From positions 1-54,051 of IMG/VR virus record IMGVR_UViG_3300025137_000052: a stretch of 54,051 nucleotides of DNA; one strand, given 5' to 3'. Below the pieces are notes generated by a model, which saw only the letters and a list, made by a program, of their open reading frames with translations, was not told where the DNA came from and searched no databases. Positions within the stretch are counted from its first letter, which is position 1; every line of letters begins with the position of its first letter. Shown here piece after piece: positions 42,601 through 52,095 of this stretch. The stretch comes from a virus (taxonomy: Duplodnaviria; Caudoviricetes). The position numbers and the translations under genes were made by a program.

Positions 42601-44960
42601 TGAGCTTGTTTTACTTGCTCTTTTCTTAATAAGGCTTGTTGTTTTTCTTCTGCTTTCTTACGTTTAGCTTCATTTCTTTCAGCTTGTTTTAAAATTTTTG
42701 CATTTTGTTTATCTAATTTATCTTTTTGTTTTTGCTCATTAACAATTTGTTGCAGTCTATTATCTTGTTCTGCTGTTGTAGTCATATTAGCTTCACGCCT
42801 ACTGATAGCAGCTGTAACAGCTTGAAGGTCTTTGTCTTCTCTAGGAGTTAATTTTTTCTTACCTATTAGTCTATCTCTTTGAGCTATTAACTCTTGTTGG
42901 TCAAGAGTACTTAAAGTTCTACCTGTGTTTAATTTATATAAATCATTGTTTATATCTGTCTCTGGTTTAACTTCAGGCTGAGCAGGAGTTGTTTGAGTAT
43001 TGTCGAGTGTAGGGGTCCCCTGCCCAGCTTGAACTGTTTGTAAAATCGGATTAGGTGCAGGTATAGGTGCATTCACAGTATCAGCAATATTTAAATTAGA
43101 TACAGGCACAGGTGCTGCAGCTGCTACAGGAGTAGGCTGTTGCCTTCTTGTATTTCTAGCACGACCTGTTGGTGTAAGTAAACTTTCTTGTCCTGTTGGT
43201 ATAGGTTGTTGTCCAGCTAAATCTAATTCTAATTGGTCTGGAGATACCTCTGGTTGTGTGGGAACAGGTTGTGGTGCAACTGGATTATCATCAAATAAAT
43301 CTAATTGTTGAGGAGGAACTGGAGGTACAGGTGGAGTAGGTTCTGGAACTCCTGTTGGATTTCTCCTAATGTCTCTAGTTCTTGAAGTTACTTCAGGACC
43401 AAATAATTCACCTTGTGTGCCTACAGGTGGCTCTGGTTCTGTTTTAGGTTTAGTTGGCTCTGGTTTTTTATTACCTTCTGGATTTAATATATCAGCAGTC
43501 TTATCTGTTTTAAGATTTGCAATACCACCGATAGGACCACCAATTGCAAAGCCTGCTGCAAACGCATTGAGTAATCTTCTGTAAGTACCAGCATCTCCTA
43601 GCTGGTCTGTGCCACCTAGTAGTATACTTTCTTGTGCTAATTCAGTAGCACCTTCTAGTGCACCACCAACTGCAATACCTTCACCAGCTCTTCTAAAAAT
43701 ATTTTTAGGACCACGTTTTAATACATCAGCACCTGTCTTCATCTTAGCTGGATTTAAACCTAGTACTTTACCTGCTAAGAAAAACTCAGGTATAACTTCA
43801 GCTGCAGCATAAGGAAACGAACCTAGAAAAGCTGTACCTCTATCACCAACACCAGTCTCTAATACTTCACCATATATATCAGCTTGACCTAATTGTTGAG
43901 CTCCAAGTATAGATGCACCCGCTGCACCACCTATACGACCTTGTGCTCTACCAGCTTTTTCTGCAAATTTAAACCCAGCATATTCTAAAGCATCATCTCT
44001 ATCAGCTCTATTCTTTTTACCTGTAAATGGATTGTTATACTTAACATCGTTTTTAACTTTTGTTGCACCAGCCATACCTGATACTTCACGAAGAAGTTTT
44101 TTCTCGCCATCAGTCATTGATTGATTTAAAGAATATTTTTTAGCAGCAGCTAATACACCTTGCTTAAATGATTCTTTACCCATCAATGCTGATACAGTCC
44201 CACCAAATGCTGTAAATGGGTTTGCACCCCCACCAGCTAGTCCACCTGCTACACCACCAGCTAAAGCTACAGCTATAGACTCTAAGATCATAGGGCCTTG
44301 TTGTGCTAAGTTTGCTACAAACCAGTCGACTAAACCGTTAGATACAAACTCACCTGTTTCGTTTTGAAATTCTCTTTGGAATGGTTGGTTTTTATATAAA
44401 TCTGCTAGTGCTTCGTCAACCCACTCTTTACCTGTCTCTTCTTTACCGTAGAATTGTAAGCCTCTACCAGCAAGTAGCTTTAAATTATCAACACCAATCC
44501 CAAAGTTTCTAGCCATTAGATTACTTGTAGTAGGATTCTTTATACTTTGTATATAAGTAGTAAAACTTTCAGGACTTACTTTAATCCAGTCTTGTGCTAC
44601 ATCCATCGGAGCTGAAGCTGCAGGTCTATTTAAATATTCTTTTGAATCAAGTGCTGACTGATAGTCATCAACGTCCATAGTAGCACCGTTGATAAATAAT
44701 TTTTTAGTTGATGGACTAAATAATACTTGAGGGCCTAAGTCTACTTGCTCAGGTTCTTCAAATTGTGACGGGTCTGTGACTACGTCTTGAAGTCTATTTA
44801 AGTTACTTATTTCTTGGTCTATAAGACCAGCTGAATCTCTAACAACAAAAGGATTCCCTGGTACATCTATCTGTTGTGCTTCACCAATGCTACCACTATT
44901 AAGTGGCTCTAAATCTCCTAGGCCTAATCTTGTACTTGTTGTTCTAGTAGAATCAACCAT
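36654..44960 (-). CDS. Giant internal virion (ejection) protein, PLxRFG/polyvalent-like, with a zincin-like motif
   Basis: 2768 aa; Gly/Ala-rich hydrophobic N-terminal region, HEALGH motif, YVPFTRRG, and a C-terminal EQLNR…AYRL…TSQGEY…NRP helical region. Confidence 0.8.
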   Translation of the reverse strand: MVDSTRTTSTRLGLGDLEPLNSGSIGEAQQIDVPGNPFVVRDSAGLIDQEISNLNRLQDVVTDPSQFEEPEQVDLGPQVLFSPSTKKLFINGATMDVDDYQSALDSKEYLNRPAASAPMDVAQDWIKVSPESFTTYIQSIKNPTTSNLMARNFGIGVDNLKLLAGRGLQFYGKEETGKEWVDEALADLYKNQPFQREFQNETGEFVSNGLVDWFVANLAQQGPMILESIAVALAGGVAGGLAGGGANPFTAFGGTVSALMGKESFKQGVLAAAKKYSLNQSMTDGEKKLLREVSGMAGATKVKNDVKYNNPFTGKKNRADRDDALEYAGFKFAEKAGRAQGRIGGAAGASILGAQQLGQADIYGEVLETGVGDRGTAFLGSFPYAAAEVIPEFFLAGKVLGLNPAKMKTGADVLKRGPKNIFRRAGEGIAVGGALEGATELAQESILLGGTDQLGDAGTYRRLLNAFAAGFAIGGPIGGIANLKTDKTADILNPEGNKKPEPTKPKTEPEPPVGTQGELFGPEVTSRTRDIRRNPTGVPEPTPPVPPVPPQQLDLFDDNPVAPQPVPTQPEVSPDQLELDLAGQQPIPTGQESLLTPTGRARNTRRQQPTPVAAAAPVPVSNLNIADTVNAPIPAPNPILQTVQAGQGTPTLDNTQTTPAQPEVKPETDINNDLYKLNTGRTLSTLDQQELIAQRDRLIGKKKLTPREDKDLQAVTAAISRREANMTTTAEQDNRLQQIVNEQKQKDKLDKQNAKILKQAERNEAKRKKAEEKQQALLRKEQVKQAQAETKRREAEATAAAERPTATSTGTVETASRGIVGGRVLYELSESFNSVDVQAEIDNAELTESFTPMPSGGVNFVQLQGTKEQHERFVQDAGGLIVSFGDDAVEAMSDFTIRTMPEKGGAQDANQEQSPAEVAAEESTTDSGGVAERNQQEPEAQVTAESQEDQGQAEDGSTTTRQESKAEQLKRGRQDRKEQVAESTNRSRENRVATPKPTKDPATVWASLGTVLSYDAVSPELKQQFESDPSFTKPEINKARLQSKYSQLALKEFDEQKEGLSNAEIIIDAQAEIEGLQGETTSDVDKLRDAIAELVTIGYFGDNANPNANRVLLNNKSERQFVTDFLLNTQFTDQQLDIIREEFIAAAMLKDNLSMQTKGVPSQWVGIAERLDAMDAILNQMGSRVRNKPAKYQADQGPATDKVGQDDQSATNLNEEVASNRLVDLITEHINGKTTSITNLTVTSGQNKGAKNSKIVELENLFAGSDPGFIVSKGLTLGDFFDKDGNLNLGKSNIDGRERFVPKPIDKDAGPTTQEIIDEADSNTGRNYRYDSGQEIKNPVPKGKAELIVKQILKKFKTKPTVTVVRNKQELRETNPKLYERAAAARDDFETVKASGYSVGDQIIIFTDFVKDEQTLRSIVGHEALGHFGFSAFVPRAKLKLILDDIYQSDPAIRALSDQRIGNGEERYEAIEEVLADYASHVDSHILARFWNAVKNFMRDVFGREYQDDMTRYLVFQSRNNLRTGGSGVVSVYQMVKNLERLKNESTYGRYNAESSSAAAYKSLTNQIITLRGEPGGLLGYKSWWNSAKRTGKQLTEGDASSWFGKVLEEFQTLDNIALRSEGLSKIFSLFQGQTARTRKFQQIYANMTKFTHSLDNSVLNKLGITDGPTQQELIQAGELLAYFALYRSNVPATRNENAINNAESLITTNSIGENVINEAAFERMKAEGMMTKEELAAGFEVTLDILQDGTENVNGDKLNYKPNFVVTDRIYKIFEENRNAVNEAAKDLLESNLEATISERQDILSIVKDFAENKRGIGASAQDQAAATVIVKKYQELYSENAKLEGVGITYDPESQKNAELFLRDVNRALWKKGDENKLNDWIAGDATEVDIFKVKGTEDFTDVVNSLQQLHEVYSGERSGADQVTKTIENLLLLDLKNVNNEFNAKRTILGGYVPFTRRGNYQVTLRAFDDNDNEIELDSHTKNVLPYYQVDSKQDARELFDSLKDDFKDTKYKFKDKNLQDVEVNLKPETSEVSSSAPLSSAMNLNEFTSILVRLNVNLKPEQMKKVTTALTKQSERARKSLQRSGTAGWNADVVRSVSEHLETMSHAAGKTFYSHKLNKYTTDEKLWAGNRDKLNRLKERMEKVEATGSDEQIKIAQQQYDSYANQYRYSAGLTDRTITVYKGSGKNREAVQVKTEGQGKRYRSVAGGLLDFYGKAGNIDVSTEDLLSGEAGSFIKLLTVTSQLGGSVATGFVNTISMVSHSIPYLSTYNAKTGYGGGFGLTKSAGAMTRALRHMKNFKLETLTHMQELVKDTSLQDKYGITQDEAQVLLEATEQGVLQAAQFNALVGTARGGLMANKNLAGVVRGWMKVFSYTEQLNRRTTFLAAYRLQRDKLQKAGDLKQDEIQKSAEEFAIRAVNTSQGEYGMFNRPAMARGNVLQYIFMYKQFVIITVELMKNLGRKEQLAMLTLLVLMSGLKGLPFADDITDLIDTLTQKFGFKTATVEKNVVDFIEEIAPGASPVAMRGFLDYFLGATVSTRLGFGDLIPLTGVGKAGADPWQEAKNFLGPVWSAGEQTAGTLSLVAAQGAEAIGLKSDTTTWTDVLKNQPFGALRGVTDGIDYATSGQVTNKEGKVIMDDVSTLQTVFRFLNFYPAGATYQNDIIRMSKQTDGFAKAIKKSYTDAWVKAKINKDRKTMRQIEREVKEHNQDHRGTEFELKRWLPSAQRAFRAWSMPAAERYKKFAPKNIRPETQFLMDAYEQAINDH
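41984..42238 (-). CDS. Nested (overprinted) small basic protein, MPxKSKAQ type, 84 aa
   Basis: Alternate frame inside the giant gene; SD aaggagg 8 nt before the ATG; MPIKSKAQLKWLQKNRPQIAEELLRET…LPQKVKK. Confidence 0.6.
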   Translation of the reverse strand: MPIKSKAQLKWLQKNRPQIAEELLRETSKNQRLKLPQKVKKTKDKLKMEARLRDKNRKQNSLKGVGKIAKNKLLNQPIGRGKIV

Positions 44961-44968
44961 GACTCTCC

Positions 44969-46729
44969 CTACTGAGTAGTACTATATGCTCGTTCATATC
45001 CTGTAGACCCTGGTGTTAATGATTCTTCTACAAGTCGTGTTTCTGGTTTTCCATTTAAATTTAGGTACTCTACTTCTTTTATTATTGATAACGCTTCACC
45101 TCTTTTAACAAATACTTTACCGTCAAATGTACTAAATTCAAGCTTTGGATCAGCCCTCTTCATATCGTCTAATAGTGCGTCATATCTTTTTAACATAGCT
45201 TCTTTCTTAGTTTCAGCTAAAATCTTGCTTAATTCTTCTTTTGTTTTTAATTGGCTCTTAAATGCTAATTTAGCATTTTCAATATTTGCTTGAGTTAATG
45301 CACTTCTGTGCTTGCTATCAAATAAAAGTCTTAATGTTTTAGATACATTATCAAGACTTAAAGCAGCTTCTATAGTTGTAGGTAATCCATCATCACCCAT
45401 CTGAACTATATCAAACTTATCGTCATCTCTTTTAATTATTTGTGTATCTACGCCGTTATAAAGACTAGCAACTTTAGAAGCACGCCCCGTTCTCCCTTGT
45501 TTTAATTCGTTTAATGATTGCATACCTTCAAGATAAACTATCTGGTCATCTGTTTTCTTTAAAACACTTTTATATGCCTCTGCAATCTCCATATTTTTTC
45601 TGTAATCTTCTACACCGCCAGTGTTTAAAGCTACTTGTGCTAAAGCATAGTACTGCTGAGCACTAAAGGCTAAGTCTCTTCTGTCTTCTAAAACATCTTT
45701 TACTTCTTTTCCAACGTCAGCTGCTTTTTTAAAGTAATTATCATTAAGTATTTTTTCATTAGTTGCTTTTCTTATTGCTTGCTCTAATTCAATACCAGAT
45801 GCTAGCGACTCTCTTTCAAACAAAAGTAGACTATCAGCTCTTCTCCTACCAATTTCTACACCAGTAGACTCACCTTCGGAATCAGCTTTCGTAACTCTAC
45901 CTGTATTATCTATTGTTACTTGAGTTTTTTCTTGAAAATCTTTTAGCTTTCGTTCGTATTCTCTTTTTGCTCTGTTCTCATTTTCATACAAAATACCTGC
46001 TCTATCAGCAATACCTTGTTCTATAGCTCCCGTTCTAAGTTCAGGAGATATTAAGTTATCCATTCTTTTGTAATTTCTACCATCTAGTGTATTTCTATTA
46101 ATAGTTGAATCTGCTCCAGAAGGCACAGACTTTGGGTTAACAGGATTAAAACCAACTTCAGGTGCATAATCTGTTGAAAATTGTTGACTAGCAGCTCCCG
46201 CACCTGGAGTAAAATACCCTCCTCGTGTTTGATCAAAAGGTTGCTGACCTCCACCTAAAAAACTAGGTGCATAGTAATCATACATAGAGATAGCATCGCC
46301 ATCTTTAGTCCTTAAAAATTTAGATGGGTCTTGTCCTGGAAAAGCAAAGTCACCAAATACTCCAGAAAATTTTAAACCTGCTCTTTCTTTTTCCGCTTGA
46401 ATTGGGTTATCTGCTGTTTTAATAGCAGCTACAGAAGCTGTAGGTGCTTTTGGTTCAAATTCAGGAGCTTTAATTTCACTAGCGTCTGTACCATAACTAC
46501 CGTCAACATTTCTATCCATCATCCTTCGCAAGCCTGCTGAGTCAGGAGCAGATAAATCTGGAGCTTGGTTTACAAAATCACCTCGTTTGGCTTCAGTTCT
46601 TTCAAGAACTTCTGTAGCATCTATACGTCTTTGATTAGCGTCTTGTAATGCTCTTAAATCAGTTGCAGACTTAGCACCTCTTAGATAAGCATCTGGGCTT
46701 AATGTTAAGCCTGTTTTAAATATACTCAT
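44969..46729 (-). CDS. Internal virion protein (putative)
   Basis: 586 aa, helical, adjacent to the giant protein. Confidence 0.65.
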   Translation of the reverse strand: MSIFKTGLTLSPDAYLRGAKSATDLRALQDANQRRIDATEVLERTEAKRGDFVNQAPDLSAPDSAGLRRMMDRNVDGSYGTDASEIKAPEFEPKAPTASVAAIKTADNPIQAEKERAGLKFSGVFGDFAFPGQDPSKFLRTKDGDAISMYDYYAPSFLGGGQQPFDQTRGGYFTPGAGAASQQFSTDYAPEVGFNPVNPKSVPSGADSTINRNTLDGRNYKRMDNLISPELRTGAIEQGIADRAGILYENENRAKREYERKLKDFQEKTQVTIDNTGRVTKADSEGESTGVEIGRRRADSLLLFERESLASGIELEQAIRKATNEKILNDNYFKKAADVGKEVKDVLEDRRDLAFSAQQYYALAQVALNTGGVEDYRKNMEIAEAYKSVLKKTDDQIVYLEGMQSLNELKQGRTGRASKVASLYNGVDTQIIKRDDDKFDIVQMGDDGLPTTIEAALSLDNVSKTLRLLFDSKHRSALTQANIENAKLAFKSQLKTKEELSKILAETKKEAMLKRYDALLDDMKRADPKLEFSTFDGKVFVKRGEALSIIKEVEYLNLNGKPETRLVEESLTPGSTGYERAYSTTQ

Positions 46730-48087
46730 GTGTTTCTAATAAGTCCTGCGTTATATTGATTAGTACCTAGCAACGGTCTTATGTTTTCGTCTGCATCATT
46801 TATCATAGTTTGTGACTGACGACCTACCATTGCAATCTCATCATCTATTTTTTTCTGTTCTTCTTCATCTCTACCTGTTGTAGTATTTAAACCAGCTAGG
46901 TTTTCATAAATAAGAGTCCTGTCTTTATCTCCTTCTTGTCTAGCTGTCTCAAAAGTATTCTGTAATCCTACTAAACCAGCTGCGTAATTAGGATTGCTAG
47001 TTGGTAGTGCAGTGCTTGACGCATTTAGGTATTGGTTTTGTAAACCTACACCTTGTAAAAACCCTGTATCAAAAGCTTCTTGTCTTGCTTTTTGTCTAGC
47101 TATATCTAATCTAGATTGATCACCAGCGGTTCTGCCGTCTCCTAGAGGGTCAAAAGCATCTCTTGCCCTTTGCTCTCTATCCTGACGAGCACCTAAAACT
47201 AGTGACCTATTAGCACTTTGTAATGCGTAGTAGTTAGGATCTACAAAACCAGCTTGAGTTAGATATCGTTTAGATAATTCTATCTGCTGGTTGTATTTCT
47301 CAATATCTCTAGTTTTTAATTCTTCTAGTTCTTGTCTTCTAGCTTCTACTAATTCTTGTTCTTCAGGTGAAAACCCTGGAAGCCCTGCTTCAGGCACCAT
47401 AGCTGATGCAGCAAGTTGACCTACAGCTTGCAGTGTTGCTGATGCTAAAACTTCTGGAGTAGTTACTTTATCATAAATTTTTTCACCCGTACTTTTTATT
47501 ACCTCTGTTAAAGTTTTACCAGTTGCTTCTGCTGCTGCACTTCTTTGAACTGCGGTTTGTACTCCTGGTGTACCTAAACTTGATGGAACTCCAAGATCTG
47601 CTGTTGTTAACCCACCTGGACCAGTGCTTGTTGGGAATATCTGTTCTGCTGGTGTAGCAGCAGTTGGATTTACATTTGGTCCTGCTGATACTACCTGCTC
47701 TCCTGTAGTAGTTGTAGTAAGCGACCCTGGATTCATATATTCTTGTATACCACCAGCTAAACCAGCTGTTAAACCACCTGTTAAAGCACCTCTGGATATT
47801 GATTGACCTGTAACAGCCGCCGATATAGCACCCATAGCCGCACCTGTAATTGCACTACCAATTCCTGTAGTAATAGCCCCAGCCGCAATTCCTGTTGCAG
47901 TGGACACAGCCGCAGACACACCTAGTGACGCAGCAATTGTAGGAGCAAAGACGGGTATTGCTATTGCTGCTACTACCCCAATGACTCTACCTACGCTTCC
48001 ACCATGCATTGTCGGATGCAATGGATGTATAGTGTGTTGACTGTAATTTTTAATTGAAACTGCTAATGGATTTAATTCTGTAGACAT
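46726..48087 (-). CDS. Internal virion/ejection protein with hydrophobic N-terminus
   Basis: Long Gly/Ala hydrophobic stretch followed by a Gln-rich helical region. Confidence 0.7.
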   Translation of the reverse strand: MSTELNPLAVSIKNYSQHTIHPLHPTMHGGSVGRVIGVVAAIAIPVFAPTIAASLGVSAAVSTATGIAAGAITTGIGSAITGAAMGAISAAVTGQSISRGALTGGLTAGLAGGIQEYMNPGSLTTTTTGEQVVSAGPNVNPTAATPAEQIFPTSTGPGGLTTADLGVPSSLGTPGVQTAVQRSAAAEATGKTLTEVIKSTGEKIYDKVTTPEVLASATLQAVGQLAASAMVPEAGLPGFSPEEQELVEARRQELEELKTRDIEKYNQQIELSKRYLTQAGFVDPNYYALQSANRSLVLGARQDREQRARDAFDPLGDGRTAGDQSRLDIARQKARQEAFDTGFLQGVGLQNQYLNASSTALPTSNPNYAAGLVGLQNTFETARQEGDKDRTLIYENLAGLNTTTGRDEEEQKKIDDEIAMVGRQSQTMINDADENIRPLLGTNQYNAGLIRNT

Positions 48088-48573
48088 TTAACCCTCCGAT
48101 AAATCTTGCTTTAGTTTAATGTATTGTTGCTTAAACCCAACATTTTCTAGAACTCTTTGCATTGCTGGATGTACAGAACACTCCATCTTTTTTATTCCGC
48201 AAATCTTTGCCCAACCACAAACATGTTTCCAGAACATGCTAATCATATTTTTTAAATCTTTACCGCCTAAGGCTGCTACATTCATAGCTGTATACTTTGG
48301 ATAATATACTAATTCTAATGCCAAAGCTAACTTTACGTCAGGTATTTCAGTGCTATCATTCTTAACTGCTATAATAAACATTTCACCTTTTAAAGCTTTA
48401 GAGTATATATCTTCTATGCCTAGCTCTCCGTCCATTTGTTTATCAATACATTTTTGAAATAGTGGTGTGCATTGACCCCAGTATTTATCCAATAGCTCTT
48501 TTGATGATAGTAATTGAGGTTCGTATTTAAGTTCTTCTTTTTTTACCTCATGTAACATCTGGCTTATCCTCAT
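48088..48573 (-). CDS. GNAT-like protein in the ejection module (T7 gp13-like position)
   Basis: NVAALGG…WAK..G…MEC…MQRVL..GF pattern; start may be 48555. Confidence 0.6.
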   Translation of the reverse strand: MRISQMLHEVKKEELKYEPQLLSSKELLDKYWGQCTPLFQKCIDKQMDGELGIEDIYSKALKGEMFIIAVKNDSTEIPDVKLALALELVYYPKYTAMNVAALGGKDLKNMISMFWKHVCGWAKICGIKKMECSVHPAMQRVLENVGFKQQYIKLKQDLSEG

Positions 48574-49351
48574 AGTTAGCTAGCATCTTATCAAAAAATT
48601 CTGTGCCTTTAGCCATAACAACTTTCTTAGGTATAATATATTCATCGCCTTCAAGTTCAACTTTTTGTCTACCATCTACAACAGCTGGTATACCACCTTG
48701 GTTGTGCGATGGCCCTTTAAGCATACCGCCATCTTGCATGTAGCCCATTTTATTTCTTACGCTCTCAGGTAATTTAGATAGACCCATATTACCTTGAGGT
48801 ATCTCTTCTAGTTGTCCGCCATCTTTCATTTGTTGAGTTGGCTGAAACTGTACATCAGCGTCCATTGCTTTTCCTGCTGTAATTAATGCAATAACTAAAC
48901 CTTCATCATACTCAACAGGTAAGTCTTGTTCTGTAGCTAAACCTTTTTGTATAGCAAACTGTCTAATCTGTGGATACATAGCAGGGTTTTGTAGTACAAC
49001 TTTTGCTAACTCAACTGCCATGTTCAGTTCTTCCATGTTTAGTTCACCTGTTTGTAAACCTGCTTCTATACCTGCTCTAATTCTAGCTATAACTTCTGGA
49101 TTCTGTGATGCCATTTGATTAATTTCTGCATCAATAACTCTATTATCCCTTGGGCCTTGTTGTTGCATTTGTATACCAGCTGGTTGTACCATACCACCTT
49201 CTTGATATGTAGCTGTTTGATTTTGTGGTAGATCAAAGTTTCCTTGTTCAGGCATGTCTACTAAAGCTTGTATCTGAGGGGGTAAGTCTAAAGAAGGAGA
49301 AGCTGAAGTATCAATACTTTCCATAGGAGTTTTAAATTCGTTGTTGTCCAT
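48548..49351 (-). CDS. Hypothetical virion protein with GG motifs
   Basis: YQEGGMV, MKDGG, MQDGGMLKGPSHNQGGIP, EGDEYIIPK. Confidence 0.75.
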   Translation of the reverse strand: MDNNEFKTPMESIDTSASPSLDLPPQIQALVDMPEQGNFDLPQNQTATYQEGGMVQPAGIQMQQQGPRDNRVIDAEINQMASQNPEVIARIRAGIEAGLQTGELNMEELNMAVELAKVVLQNPAMYPQIRQFAIQKGLATEQDLPVEYDEGLVIALITAGKAMDADVQFQPTQQMKDGGQLEEIPQGNMGLSKLPESVRNKMGYMQDGGMLKGPSHNQGGIPAVVDGRQKVELEGDEYIIPKKVVMAKGTEFFDKMLANYEDKPDVT

Positions 49352-49354
49352 ATA

Positions 49355-49702
49355 TTATCCCTTTATCTGTTCTATTAAAGCATTTAATACAGCTCTTGTA
49401 AAAGCTAAATCATTTGCTAATGTTTGTACATCTGTCAATAGTTTACCATAATCTTCTAAGCTAACAACATCTTGACCACTTATTGTAAAGCCTTCTCCCT
49501 TAGCTGAAGTCTGTCGTAAATTCTGTAAAGGTTGACTGTTTACAGTAATGTCACCTTTTGTAACAGCTTTACTTTGCAAATCTGCTTCGTCTCTTAGACC
49601 AGCTAAAAGCTCTACATTCTGTTTAATAGCAGTAATTAATATACTTTGAGCATCACTAAGTCCTTCTTCTGGTAATCCAGGTACTGCTACAAATCTAGCC
49701 AT
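49355..49702 (-). CDS. Hypothetical virion protein
   Basis: Coupled to the tail protein gene; C-terminal coiled coil. Confidence 0.7.
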   Translation of the reverse strand: MARFVAVPGLPEEGLSDAQSILITAIKQNVELLAGLRDEADLQSKAVTKGDITVNSQPLQNLRQTSAKGEGFTISGQDVVSLEDYGKLLTDVQTLANDLAFTRAVLNALIEQIKG

Positions 49703-52095
49703 TATATTGTATTTAATCCCTTAGGTGTTTCACCTAGATGTATTGACCTAATTCTAGCTGATCCTGATACTGCGACTTCAAACGTGTCTGAGCGATAACC
49801 AGAAGGTAATCTAAATATATCACTTGACTGTATAGTTCCTTGAAATACTATTTCTTTATCTATAAATAGCTTAAACGTAACAGGTAATGCTCCTGATAAA
49901 ACTTTTAAGGTTTGTGTTTGACCATCTCCATTTACTGGAAAAGCGTTTAGAGTTCCTATATTTACTTCTCTATTACCGCTGACAGTATAGTCTGTAGGCC
50001 CATTCAAACAACCTAATTGTTGGCTCTTTGCCCACACTGCCGCATTGAACGTAGGCACAGCATTATTATATGATGTTTCGTTTATGTTCTCATCAGTTAT
50101 ATCTGTATAATCTGCAACAACTCTAGCAGCACCCATGTTCATATAGTTTTTTGTAACTATAGTTTTAGACTTCCACTCTAGAGGAGAAAAAATTTCCCCT
50201 TCATTGTCCCATTCTTTTATACTAGTTAAAATATCACTAGACGTATTATCTGTAAAATACATAGTACCTGCTATGCTGTCTGTAAACGCAGATGTAAACG
50301 TATATTGAGAAGTAGTTAAGTAAGGTACTTTATCTCCTCGTTCAAATATAAATGATCCTGTAGAGTGTGACCCAAAATATTTTCCATTATAGTAGTGACC
50401 TACTATTGTTGTAGGGTCTAAATTTTCTGACCATGTATCCCAATCATGAACACTTCCTGTTAATAAAGCTATACCAGCTCCTGGTTTATATGCTGCTAAA
50501 CCACCATGTGTAGCCCAGACAACACCATAACCCATATTGACTACAGATTTTTTGTTAATACACGGATATTCAGTATCAATCCTTTGTGAAGTCATAACTT
50601 CTGGAGTACTACCTGTAACTATATATGGATATTTTTCTGTTAAAACTAATATGTAAGAATCTGTAGACGCTACAGCAACAATGTTTTCATCAAATGTTAG
50701 CCTAAATTTTATAGGCCAAGCATGTGGTTTATCAGGAAATGAGAAGCATAGTTGGTTATCAAAGAAACCTGCCAACATATTGTTGTTTACGTTTGTTAAA
50801 CCTTTCATAGTAGATTTTGGTTTATCATAATCTTCGGACTCTATTATTGTGGATAATCCTGATACTAAAAAATCGTCTGTAAAATTATAAGACCCGTCAC
50901 CCCAGTACCTAGCTGTAAGAGATAACAACTCTGCAACATCGTGAAACAAAGTTCCATTAGCATCTGCTGTAGATGATATATCTCCACCTGTATTACTATA
51001 AGTAAATGTTAATCTATCAACAACACTAAGTACTATCCCACCAGTTACATTAAAATTTCCGCTATCAGTTGTAGTTCCTGATAATTTAAATCTGTCACCA
51101 GCTATCATATTATGAGGAAAAGCTAATTTAACTGTAGCTATATTAGTAGACCCGACACGTGACAACGTAGCTGTCGCTGTTGGAAACCATAAAGTATCAA
51201 GTAGAAAAAAATCTGATGCAGCAGCAGATGTAACACTGCGATATAAATTTATACCCCTTACAAAATTAGCACCACTCGGTTTAGTTTGTGGTATGTTAGA
51301 TACAGTCACTGTTTGACCTTCTTTTATAAACAATTCATTAGATACAGAAGACGGTATAGATTCCTCACCCCAAGGTGTAATGTGTGTATATATGTAAGTT
51401 CTTATCTGTGTATTGCCAGCCATATCAGCTCTACCAGTAGTGTTAGATGTTTTTGATACTGTATCTCCTGGGCTAAAGTATTGAAAATCTGTAGCATTAA
51501 CAACTGTTACTTCAACATTTGTACCGTTAAAAGACTTTGCTTCGTCCGAAGTACCGAAATCTCTTATAGTTACTACATTCCCTGATCTTAAATTATGGTT
51601 GCCAGACCCATAAAAAGTAGCTGTGTTACCAGAATCTCTTTCGTAATGCGTAGCACTTACTACAGAAAAAGATGTTGCTGTGCCTGTTACTGTGGTTGTT
51701 GGTACATCTAAACCTAAATCATAATAACCGCTTGATACAGGATATGGTTCTGAACCTGTTGTAGCTAAATCATAATTACTAACTTTAGGTACTCCATCAC
51801 CTGTAAAATAAAATCTTTGCTCGTTATCTGACGAGTCCGAAGCTTGTAACACATCAACGTCAATAGGCCAACTAAGCCATACTAATGCATTAGTACTTGG
51901 ATCCTTTAGAGCATATATAGTTTCTACTGTACCTAACCTTTCAGTGCTATCTATAATTTTAGGTATCCTATATGGTATAAGGTCTCCAGAATACAGCTTC
52001 ACATTATAAGCTAGTTGTGCTGCAGTAGTGGGTAACAACTCCGAAGAAAATTTTGGAGACTCACCTAAAAAATTTGTTACTTTAATTGATGCCAT
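49702..52095 (-). CDS. Tail/DNA-stabilisation (nozzle-like, beta-propeller) protein
   Basis: F.GE.P…AQLAYN N-terminus, WGEES, FS…PHAWP, FRLPSGY C-terminus. Confidence 0.75.
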   Translation of the reverse strand: MASIKVTNFLGESPKFSSELLPTTAAQLAYNVKLYSGDLIPYRIPKIIDSTERLGTVETIYALKDPSTNALVWLSWPIDVDVLQASDSSDNEQRFYFTGDGVPKVSNYDLATTGSEPYPVSSGYYDLGLDVPTTTVTGTATSFSVVSATHYERDSGNTATFYGSGNHNLRSGNVVTIRDFGTSDEAKSFNGTNVEVTVVNATDFQYFSPGDTVSKTSNTTGRADMAGNTQIRTYIYTHITPWGEESIPSSVSNELFIKEGQTVTVSNIPQTKPSGANFVRGINLYRSVTSAAASDFFLLDTLWFPTATATLSRVGSTNIATVKLAFPHNMIAGDRFKLSGTTTDSGNFNVTGGIVLSVVDRLTFTYSNTGGDISSTADANGTLFHDVAELLSLTARYWGDGSYNFTDDFLVSGLSTIIESEDYDKPKSTMKGLTNVNNNMLAGFFDNQLCFSFPDKPHAWPIKFRLTFDENIVAVASTDSYILVLTEKYPYIVTGSTPEVMTSQRIDTEYPCINKKSVVNMGYGVVWATHGGLAAYKPGAGIALLTGSVHDWDTWSENLDPTTIVGHYYNGKYFGSHSTGSFIFERGDKVPYLTTSQYTFTSAFTDSIAGTMYFTDNTSSDILTSIKEWDNEGEIFSPLEWKSKTIVTKNYMNMGAARVVADYTDITDENINETSYNNAVPTFNAAVWAKSQQLGCLNGPTDYTVSGNREVNIGTLNAFPVNGDGQTQTLKVLSGALPVTFKLFIDKEIVFQGTIQSSDIFRLPSGYRSDTFEVAVSGSARIRSIHLGETPKGLNTI

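Noticed and set aside
36654-44960. Virion RNA polymerase (N4- or crAss-like), given the size and the many early hairpins
   Set aside because: No recognisable RNAP catalytic motifs, and the early genes have host sigma70-like promoters.
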